64,000 bases of DNA, from the NCBI GenBank assembly GCA_963728445.1, contig CAVSJO010000008.1, forward strand, positions 42,330 through 106,329. The letters run 5' to 3'. The notes below the pieces were generated by a model, which was not told the DNA's origin, did not search any database, and saw only the letters and a program-made list of their open reading frames with translations. Origin of the DNA: an uncultured Gemmatimonadales bacterium (GTDB lineage: Bacteria; Gemmatimonadota; Gemmatimonadetes; Longimicrobiales; RSA9). Shown piece after piece: positions 48,338 to 55,660 of this stretch (positions within the stretch are counted from its first letter, which is position 1; the number at the start of each line of letters is the position of its first letter). The translations under genes were made by a program, and so were the position numbers.

Positions 48338-50674
48338 GTGCGACGAGCCCGAACCTTCATTCTTCTCCTGACGGCCCTCGCGGCCGCAGCCTGCGGCGAG
48401 CAGCCGACCGCGCCCGATGCCCCCGGTGCACCGGCGCCGAACAAGCCGAGCATGCTCTTCGTCGGCTCCGGCGACTCCTTCACGCAGGTGAGCGCGGGCG
48501 GCGATTACACCTGCGCGCTCAAGACCGACGGCTCGCTCGCCTGCTGGGGATCCGACTCCGACGGCCAGGTGGGCGGGCCCTCGGCGGCCGGCACCGGCTT
48601 CACGCAGGTGAGTGCGGGCTTCGATCACACCTGCGCGCTCGAGAGCGACGGCTCGCTCGCCTGCTGGGGAAACAACGACTACAACCAGGTCAGCGAGCCT
48701 TCGGCGGCCGGCACCGGCTTCACGCAGGTGAGTGCGGGCGGCTATCACACCTGCGCGCTCAAGACCGACGGCTCGATTGCCTGCTGGGGATCCGACGGCC
48801 AAGGCCAGGTGAGCAGCCCGGCGGCGGCCGGCACCGGCTTCACGCAGGTGAGTGCGGGCATCCTTCACACCTGCGCGCTCAAGACCGACGGCTCGATTGC
48901 CTGCTGGGGATCCGACAGCCAGGGCCAGGTGAGCAACGCGCCGACAGGTACCGGCTTCACGCAGGTGAGTGCGGGCACCTATCACACCTGCGCGCTCAAG
49001 ACCGACGGCTCGATTGCCTGCTGGGGAGACGACAGACAGGGCCAGGTGAGTAACGCGCCGACAGGCACCGGCTTCTCGCAGGTGAGTGCGGGCGGCACCC
49101 ATACCTGCGCGCTCAAGACCGACGGCTCGCTCGCCTGCTGGGGGGGATACGGCGTCGAACACGGCCAGGTGAGCGGGCCGGCGGCGGCCGGCACCGGCTT
49201 CACGCAGGTGAGTGCGGGCCTCGATCACACCTGCGCGCTCAAGACCGACGGCTCGCTCGCCTGCTGGGGATACGACAGCCAGGGCCAGGTGAGCGACACG
49301 CCCAGCGGCGGCACCACGGTCCTCCCCACGGCCACCTACGCCGCTCCGGCCTCGGCGGCCGAAGGGAGCGACTTCACCCTCTCGCTCACGGACGCCGCGG
49401 TGCCCGGCTACACGGGAACCGTCAACTTCACCTACGCATTCGACTGCGGCGACGGCAGCGGCTACGGCGCCTTCTCCTCCGGGAACAGCGCATCGTGCAC
49501 CGCGCCCACGACGGGGCCCATCACGGTCCGGGGCACCGTGAAGGACGAGGGCGGTGACTCGCAGGAGTACACGGCCACCGTCAGCATCCTCGCAGACCAG
49601 GACGGGGACGGGGTCGCCGACGAGCTCGACAACTGTCCGACGACCGCGAACCCCGACCAGGCGGACACCGATGGAGACGGCGTCGGCGACGCGTGCGCGA
49701 ACACCGCGCCATCGGCGGACCTCGGCGGCCCCTACACGGGAAGCGAGGGAGCGGCCGTCGGCTTCGACGGCTCGGGCTCCGACGACCCCGACTCCGACCC
49801 GCTGACCTACGCCTGGGACTTCGGCGACGGCAGCACCGGCACGGGGCCGACCCCCACCCACGCTTACGCCGATGACGGGGAGTACACCGTCACGCTCGTG
49901 GTGAACGACGGAACCGTGGACAGCGATCCTGCGACCACGACGGTCGGCATCTCCAACGTTGCGCCGGACCTGGGCACGATCACGCCGAGCACCGTAGACC
50001 CGCTCGCAGTGAGCTCGACGGCGTTCTCGGTGAGCGCGAGCTTCACCGACCCCGGTGTTCTGGATACCCATGCCGCCACGATCGATTGGGGCGACGGGAG
50101 CACCTCGAGCGGCACGGTCACGGAAGCCAGTGGCTCCGGAAGCGTGAACGGCAACCACCTCTATACGACAGCGGGCGTGTACGCCGTGAGCATCACGCTG
50201 AGCGACGACGACAGCGGCTCGGATGCGGAAATCTACGAGTACGTGGTCGTGTACGATCCGAGCGCCGGTTTCGTGACGGGCGGCGGGTGGATCGATTCCC
50301 CCGAGAACGCCTATGTGCAGGACCCGTCTCTGACCGGCAAGGCGCACTTCGCCTTCACCAGCCGCTACAAGAAGGGGAAGAGCACGCCCGACGGCTCGAC
50401 CGAGTTCCGGTTCAAGGCCGGTGGCATGAACTTCCACAGCGACGTGCAGGACTGGCTGGTCGTGAACCAGGGCGGCACGAACGCCCAGTTCAAGGGCGAG
50501 GGCACGATCAACGGCAGCGGCAGCTACAAGTTCATGATCTGGGCGAGCGACGGCTCGCCTGACACCTTCCGGATCAAGATCTGGCAGGACGACGGCAGCG
50601 GCGAGAGCGTCGTCTACGACAACGGCGCCAGGCAGGCGATCTCCGGGGGCAGCATCGTGATCCACGCGAAGTAG
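48338..50674 (+). CDS. modular lipoprotein: 7 mini-RCC1 blades, PKD-like domains, thrombospondin type-3 repeat, conserved C-terminal domain
   Basis: GTG at 48338 after GGAGG. Signal is VRRARTFILLLTALAAAAC. Seven repeats follow the pattern FTQVSAG.xHTCALKTDGSxACWG. The TSP3-like segment is DQDGDGVADELDNCPTTANPDQADTDGDGVGDAC. The PKD segment is LTYAWDFGDGSTG...YTVTLVVNDG. The C-terminal ~145 aa are shared with the next gene. Confidence 0.85.
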   Translation: MRRARTFILLLTALAAAACGEQPTAPDAPGAPAPNKPSMLFVGSGDSFTQVSAGGDYTCALKTDGSLACWGSDSDGQVGGPSAAGTGFTQVSAGFDHTCALESDGSLACWGNNDYNQVSEPSAAGTGFTQVSAGGYHTCALKTDGSIACWGSDGQGQVSSPAAAGTGFTQVSAGILHTCALKTDGSIACWGSDSQGQVSNAPTGTGFTQVSAGTYHTCALKTDGSIACWGDDRQGQVSNAPTGTGFSQVSAGGTHTCALKTDGSLACWGGYGVEHGQVSGPAAAGTGFTQVSAGLDHTCALKTDGSLACWGYDSQGQVSDTPSGGTTVLPTATYAAPASAAEGSDFTLSLTDAAVPGYTGTVNFTYAFDCGDGSGYGAFSSGNSASCTAPTTGPITVRGTVKDEGGDSQEYTATVSILADQDGDGVADELDNCPTTANPDQADTDGDGVGDACANTAPSADLGGPYTGSEGAAVGFDGSGSDDPDSDPLTYAWDFGDGSTGTGPTPTHAYADDGEYTVTLVVNDGTVDSDPATTTVGISNVAPDLGTITPSTVDPLAVSSTAFSVSASFTDPGVLDTHAATIDWGDGSTSSGTVTEASGSGSVNGNHLYTTAGVYAVSITLSDDDSGSDAEIYEYVVVYDPSAGFVTGGGWIDSPENAYVQDPSLTGKAHFAFTSRYKKGKSTPDGSTEFRFKAGGMNFHSDVQDWLVVNQGGTNAQFKGEGTINGSGSYKFMIWASDGSPDTFRIKIWQDDGSGESVVYDNGARQAISGGSIVIHAK
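48479..49312 (+). repeat. intragenic tandem DNA repeat, 7 units of ~117-126 bp (mini-RCC1 blades)
   Basis: Units restart at about 48479, 48599, 48719, 48839, 48956, 49073 and 49199. They share long identical strings such as cacacctgcgcgctcaagaccgacggctcg and ggcaccggcttcacgcaggtgagtgcgggc. Confidence 0.9.
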
Positions 50675-50731
50675 CCCTCCAGCTCCACGCTCGCCTGCGA
50701 GGGCGGTCTCGAGGGAGGGAAGCAGCAGGAA

Positions 50732-50758
50732 GGGGGAGTCGGAACATCCGGCTCCCCC
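50732..50758 (+). terminator. GC-rich hairpin downstream of lipoprotein gene A (terminator-like, no T tract)
   Basis: GGGGGAGTCGG-aacat-CCGGCTCCCCC, an 11-bp stem 58 nt after the stop at 50674. Confidence 0.45.
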
Positions 50759-50845
50759 TTCGCCTTCCTCTCGCCGAATCGTATCGAGGCAAATCCGGAA
50801 CGGGCGACGCCGCGAGGACGTCCGAAACTGGCCGCCAGCCACGGG

Positions 50846-50873
50846 TGGCCCCGGGCCGGGGCTTTCTGCGTTA
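50846..50873 (+). promoter_or_regulatory. candidate ECF-type promoter (TGGCC-N17-GCGT), copy 2
   Basis: TGGCC at 50846 and GCGTTA at 50868 (offset 22), then GGGGAG. A leader hairpin plus TTTT follows at 50874-50904, then GGAGG and GTG at 50918. Confidence 0.4.
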
Positions 50874-50917
50874 GGGGAGGGGCGACGGATCCGCTCCCCC
50901 TTTTCCGGAGGTACCCG

Positions 50918-52219
50918 GTGCGACATCGTCGAATCTTCCTTCTTCTCCTGGCGGCCCTCGGGGTCGCGGCCTGCTCCGAGCTGCCGACGGAGTCCACGGC
51001 CAGCGCCGATCCAGTCGGGCCCGCCGTAGCCGGTGATGTGACTCCCACGAGCTGCCTGGCCGGAACGTACCTCAGCAGCGGCACGTGCGTCCCGGCGGAC
51101 CCCGGCTACTACGTGGACGCGGACGGCGCCGTGGCGGAGACGGCGTGTCTGGAGGGCGAATACCAGCCCGATTCGGGCGCTACATCGTGCCTGGTGGCGG
51201 ACCCCGGCTTTTTCGTGAACGTGACGGGCGCCGAGGCGCAGTCGCCGTGTCCCATGGGCCGATACCAGCCCTCTTCAGGGGCTACCTCGTGCCTGGCGGC
51301 GGATGCCGGCTATTTCGTGGACACGGTGGGTGCCGAGGCGGAGACGAAGTGTGGCCTGGGTACGTACCAGCCCAACCCGGAGTCCACCTCCTGTCTGCTG
51401 GCGGACGCCGGCTACTACGTGGACGTCAAGGGTGCCGTGTCGGAGACGCCGTGCCCCGCCGGGTATACCTCGGATGCGGGAGCGAGCGCCTGTGTCCCGG
51501 AGAACACGCCGCCTTCGGTCGACGCGATCCTGGGGCCGGTGGATCCCGTTGCAGTCGGCACGGCCGTGGACGTGCGCGTTCAGTTCACCGACCCCGACGA
51601 GACGGACACCCACACGGCGCTCATCGACTGGGGCGACGGCGCCGAGACCGCCGGAACGAGCTACGCGTTCAGCGGGGGGGACGGCACGTTCGACGGAAGC
51701 CATGTCTACGCAGCCGCGGGGGTCTATACCGTGGAGGTCAGCGTCGAGGACCAGGCCGGCGGGGTCGGGACGCTGGCCTACCAGTACGTCGTCGTCTACG
51801 ACCCCAGCGCGGGCTTCACAACCGGCGCCGGGATGATCGACTCGCCGGCAGGCGCGTATACCCACGATCCGAGCGCAACGGGCAGGGCCCACTTCGGATT
51901 CAACAGCCGCTACAAGAAGGGGAAGAGCACGCCCTCAGGAACCACCCAGTTCCGCTTCCACGCCGCAGGCATGGACTTCCAGAGCGACGTGCAGGACTGG
52001 CTGGTCGTGAACCAGGGCGGCACCAACGCCCAGTTCAAGGGCAGCGGCTCCATCAACGGTGCCGGCAGCTACCAGTTCATGATCTGGGCGAGCGACGACT
52101 CGCCTGACACCTTCCGGATCAAGATCTGGCAGGACGACGGCGGGGTCGAGAACGTCGTCTACGACAACGGCGTCCAGCAGGCGATCTCCGCAGGCAACAT
52201 CAAGATCCACAGCCATTAA
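50918..52219 (+). CDS. modular lipoprotein: ephrin-receptor-like/TNFR-like Cys-rich repeats, PKD-like domain, conserved C-terminal domain
   Basis: GTG start, signal MRHRRIFLLLLAALGVAAC. Four to five repeats follow the pattern C.xGxYQPxxGATSCLxADxGYFVxxxGAxAExxC. The same C-terminal domain as gene A is present (YVVVYDPSAGF...FRIKIWQDDG...VVYDNG). Confidence 0.85.
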   Translation: MRHRRIFLLLLAALGVAACSELPTESTASADPVGPAVAGDVTPTSCLAGTYLSSGTCVPADPGYYVDADGAVAETACLEGEYQPDSGATSCLVADPGFFVNVTGAEAQSPCPMGRYQPSSGATSCLAADAGYFVDTVGAEAETKCGLGTYQPNPESTSCLLADAGYYVDVKGAVSETPCPAGYTSDAGASACVPENTPPSVDAILGPVDPVAVGTAVDVRVQFTDPDETDTHTALIDWGDGAETAGTSYAFSGGDGTFDGSHVYAAAGVYTVEVSVEDQAGGVGTLAYQYVVVYDPSAGFTTGAGMIDSPAGAYTHDPSATGRAHFGFNSRYKKGKSTPSGTTQFRFHAAGMDFQSDVQDWLVVNQGGTNAQFKGSGSINGAGSYQFMIWASDDSPDTFRIKIWQDDGGVENVVYDNGVQQAISAGNIKIHSH

Positions 52220-52270
52220 GGCTTCGGCTCCACGCCACCGGCCGGTGCCGGTGCGCGGCGGAACATCAGA

Positions 52271-52300
52271 GGGGGCAGCCGGACAGACCCGGCTGCCCCC
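52271..52300 (+). terminator. GC-rich hairpin downstream of lipoprotein gene B (terminator-like/REP-like)
   Basis: GGGGGCAGCCGG-acagac-CCGGCTGCCCCC, a 12-bp stem. A near-identical copy lies at 54284. Confidence 0.45.
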
Positions 52301-52348
52301 CTCGTGGCTCCCGCCCTTCCACCCTCCACCCGTCGCCGCCGTCCGCGA

Positions 52349-52375
52349 TGGCCCCTCACCGACGCGCCCTGCGTA
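52349..52375 (+). promoter_or_regulatory. candidate ECF-type promoter (TGGCC-N17-GCGTA), copy 3
   Basis: TGGCC at 52349 and GCGTA at 52371 (offset 22), then GGGGAG, which can pair with CTCCCC at 52415-52420. The spacer is unrelated to copies 1 and 2. Confidence 0.4.
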
Positions 52376-52473
52376 GGGGAGAAGTGGACGGGCGCGGTGC
52401 CCTCGCTGTAGGCCCTCCCCGTCCTCGCTGCCGCTACCGCTATTCCTATCAAACCGCTTCCAGCGAGGTACTC

Positions 52474-54222
52474 GTGTCATCCATCCGCTCGCGATCCGCG
52501 CCGTCCTTCCCTCCCGCCTCCCGCACCGCCCCGGCGCGCCGGCCGCGCGTGCTCGTGGTCGCCGCCGCGCTGGGGGTCGCCCTCTGCGTCGCTGCCTGTA
52601 CCGACCAGCCCACCGCGCCCGCCGACCTCTCCATGCCCTCGGCCGACCTCGTGGACGGGGCGCACGGCACGAACGGCAACGCGCACTTCTATTTCCTGAA
52701 GCCGCTCGTCACGCCGCCGGCGTCCTTCCCGGGCACATTCGATCCGACGCAGGCGCCCACGGTCGAGATCTGTCAGTGGGACGCGGACGCGACCACACCG
52801 GCATGCGTCGGGGCGAACGTCGCCGAGTTCAGTACCACCACGGGCTCCGGCTCGGAGATCATCCGCATCGATCCCGACGTCGAGCAGTACATCGTCGACT
52901 GGCACACCGACGAGTCGAATCTCGACGCGACGAAGGTCTACCGGATCCGCGTGCTGATCGGCCCGTACGAGCTGGGCCACGCCGACCTCGACCCGGTCAC
53001 GAGCGGGCGCGAGCTCAAGAACGTGAACACGGGCGAGTACATCGCGCTCAAGGACGGGCGGACGCTCCCCATCAAGTTCCGGATCGAACAGGGCGCGATC
53101 CCGGACGTCCAGCCGCTCGCCGCCGGCGGGCTCCACACCTGCGCGCTGTCGAGCACCGGGGCGACGTACTGTTGGGGATACAACCAACAGGGCGAGCTCG
53201 GGTCGGGGACCGCAGGCGGGGCCACGGCGTCCCCGCAGACCGTCACGGGGAACCACACCTTCAGCGCGGTCGCGAGCGGCCGCTACTTCAGTTGCGCGCT
53301 CACGCCGGCCGGGGCGGCCTGGTGCTGGGGAGACAACCGAAACGGCGAACTCGGCACCGGCACGATCGGCGGCAGCAGCCCGGCTCCGGTGGCGGTCGCA
53401 GGCGGGCACGTCTTCACGGCGATCTCGGCGGGGGACAGCCATGCCTGCGGGCTCACGAGCGCTGGGACGACCTGGTGCTGGGGGGGCAACCTATACGGCC
53501 AGCTCGGCATCGGCAGTGCGACGTTCTATGGCAATCCCACGCCGACGGCAGTGCCGGGCGTGTCGTTCCGGACGCTCTCGGCGGGTGGAAGCCACACCTG
53601 CGGCATCACGACCGCCGGGGTGGCCGAGTGCTGGGGAGGCAACTCTTCAGGACAGCTCGGGATCGGGACTACCACGGCCTATCCAGAAGTCATCTCCACC
53701 CCGACGCCGGTGAGTACGACTGAACGCTTCGTCAGCCTGAGCGCGGGGGTCGACTACACCTGCGCCCTCGACGACACAGGTCAGGCGTGGTGCTGGGGGG
53801 CCAACTCGTATGGTAAACTCGGACGCACCACGTTCGGGACCCTCGAGCCCACCCCCGTGCCGGTGAGCGGGAGCCAGACCTTCGCGGCCATCACGGCGGG
53901 CCCGGATCACGCCTGTGGGCTAACGAGCGCCGGGACGGCCTGGTGCTGGGGGCGCAACGAACACGGTGAGATCGGCACCGGCAGCGTGACGGAGCTCTAT
54001 CCGAAGGGCATCGACACGCCGACGGAAGTCCCGGGCGTCATGTTCCGGACGCTGTCTGCGGGGGGCAGCCACACCTGCGGGATCACGACCGCAGGGGCCG
54101 CCGAATGCTGGGGAAACAACACCGCAGGACAGCTCGGGACCGGGTCTTTCTCGACGAACTACCCGTACGCCATCCCGAACCCGACGCAGGTGACGGGCAG
54201 CCTCACGTTCCTCACGCACTGA
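52474..54222 (+). CDS. lipoprotein with N-terminal beta-rich domain and 7 canonical RCC1 repeats
   Basis: GAGG precedes GTG at 52474. Lipobox is LGVALCVAAC. Seven ~50-aa repeats follow the pattern SAGxxHxCxLTxxGxxxCWGxNxxGQLG. Confidence 0.85.
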   Translation: MSSIRSRSAPSFPPASRTAPARRPRVLVVAAALGVALCVAACTDQPTAPADLSMPSADLVDGAHGTNGNAHFYFLKPLVTPPASFPGTFDPTQAPTVEICQWDADATTPACVGANVAEFSTTTGSGSEIIRIDPDVEQYIVDWHTDESNLDATKVYRIRVLIGPYELGHADLDPVTSGRELKNVNTGEYIALKDGRTLPIKFRIEQGAIPDVQPLAAGGLHTCALSSTGATYCWGYNQQGELGSGTAGGATASPQTVTGNHTFSAVASGRYFSCALTPAGAAWCWGDNRNGELGTGTIGGSSPAPVAVAGGHVFTAISAGDSHACGLTSAGTTWCWGGNLYGQLGIGSATFYGNPTPTAVPGVSFRTLSAGGSHTCGITTAGVAECWGGNSSGQLGIGTTTAYPEVISTPTPVSTTERFVSLSAGVDYTCALDDTGQAWCWGANSYGKLGRTTFGTLEPTPVPVSGSQTFAAITAGPDHACGLTSAGTAWCWGRNEHGEIGTGSVTELYPKGIDTPTEVPGVMFRTLSAGGSHTCGITTAGAAECWGNNTAGQLGTGSFSTNYPYAIPNPTQVTGSLTFLTH

Positions 54223-54283
54223 CCCGGCGAGCCTGGGCCGCGTCGCGCCGTGGGGCGGCCCCGAACGGCGCGAGCAGCACGCA

Positions 54284-54314
54284 GGGGGCAGCCGGAACAC
54301 CCCGGCTGCCCCCC
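54284..54314 (+). terminator. GC-rich hairpin downstream of lipoprotein gene C (terminator-like/REP-like)
   Basis: GGGGGCAGCCGG-aacacc-CCGGCTGCCCCCC. The arm sequence is the same as at 52271. Confidence 0.45.
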
Positions 54315-54442
54315 TGCTTCGCGGCGAGCTCCGAGGCTCCACCGACGTCCCGCCCCCGCGGGAAGACGCTTGCCATCGGCACGGTCGCCCCCTAGATCGG
54401 GATCCGGTCCCCGCAACGATCCCGCTCGCCCGGAAGCGCCCC

Positions 54443-55660
54443 ATGAGTCTGTCCAAGCGGTACGGCGGCTACACGTCCTTCTCCTACCTCGAGCCCGGGA
54501 CCGACTACGCGTCGTTCGAGCTCACCCCGGAGCCGTACCGGGTGGAGCCCTGGCACGTCCCGCTGGACGAGGAGGGGGAGGCCCGCGTCCGGGCGCTTAC
54601 GGAGCGGTGCGTCTTCGTGTCGCTGCACGAGCACCTGGGGCTCTTCCCGGCCCGCATCGAGGAGACGCCGGAGTACGTGCGCCACGGTCGCATGGCCACC
54701 GCATTCAGGGGTCTGGCGGCGTCCCACTGGGACTGCGTCTTCGACAACCTCATGGACGGGATCTGCACCATCCACTCGCGGTCGGGGTGGCAGTGGGACG
54801 ACGTCCTCCACGACCTCGGCATGCGGCTCTGCGACCTGGCGCACCAGGACTTCGTGATCCACTGCCTGAGGGTCTCCGACATCCTCAGCGCCCACGCGGA
54901 AGAAAAGGTCGCGATGGTGTGCTCCATGGAGGGAGCCGCCATGATCGAGCACGACGTCGATCGCATCGACCTCCTGTTCGGATTCGGGGTCCGCGCGCTG
55001 GGCATCACCTACTCCGAGTCCAACGCGCTGGGCAACGGGCTGAAGGAGCGGCGGGACGGCGGACTGACGGCGTTCGGGCGCAAGGCCGTCGAGCGCATGA
55101 ACAAGGTGGGGATGCTCATCGACTGCTCCCACTGCGGGGACCGGACGACTCTGGACACCATCGAGCACTCGGAGAAGCCGATCCTCCTCTCCCACATCGG
55201 GGCTCGCGCATTGTGGGACTCGAACCGACTGGCGCCCGACGAGGTGCTGGTGGCGTGCGCGGCCAAAGGCGGCGTCATCGGCGTGGAGGCGGCGCCGCAC
55301 ACGACGCTCACGAAGACGCACCGTGTCCACGACCTCGAACCATTCATGGAGCACTTCGAGTACATCCGCTCCCTGGTGGGCATCGATCACGTGGGCTTCG
55401 GACCGGACACGCTCTACGGGGACCACGTGGGGCTCCACCGCGCCTACGCCGCCAACCTCTCCCTGAAGGAATCCCACGGCGCGGGCAGGCCCGGGCAGGA
55501 GTACGAGCCGGTGGAGTACGTGAAAGGCCTCGAGAACCCCACCGAGGGCTCGAAGAACATCGTCCGATGGCTGGTGAAGCACGGCTACTCGGACGAGGAC
55601 ATCGAGAAGGTGATGGGCGGCAACGCGCTGCGGGTTCTCGGAGAGGTGTGGCCACAGTGA
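54443..55660 (+). CDS. M19-family membrane (renal-type) dipeptidase
   Basis: Motifs VSLHEH, ITYSESN and IDCSHCG, with family-typical length and layout. Confidence 0.85.
   Translation: MSLSKRYGGYTSFSYLEPGTDYASFELTPEPYRVEPWHVPLDEEGEARVRALTERCVFVSLHEHLGLFPARIEETPEYVRHGRMATAFRGLAASHWDCVFDNLMDGICTIHSRSGWQWDDVLHDLGMRLCDLAHQDFVIHCLRVSDILSAHAEEKVAMVCSMEGAAMIEHDVDRIDLLFGFGVRALGITYSESNALGNGLKERRDGGLTAFGRKAVERMNKVGMLIDCSHCGDRTTLDTIEHSEKPILLSHIGARALWDSNRLAPDEVLVACAAKGGVIGVEAAPHTTLTKTHRVHDLEPFMEHFEYIRSLVGIDHVGFGPDTLYGDHVGLHRAYAANLSLKESHGAGRPGQEYEPVEYVKGLENPTEGSKNIVRWLVKHGYSDEDIEKVMGGNALRVLGEVWPQ

Noticed and set aside
48479-49312. Regularly spaced ~120-bp repeats that could superficially suggest a CRISPR-like or satellite array.
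   Set aside because: The units abut with no unique spacers and are in-frame codons of RCC1-like blades inside a long ORF. No cas genes are present in the window.
48110-50926. 938-aa ORF antisense to lipoprotein gene A.
   Set aside because: It is repetitive only because it mirrors the RCC1 repeats on the plus strand. It has an Arg/Gly-rich wrong-frame composition, and no start or RBS context.
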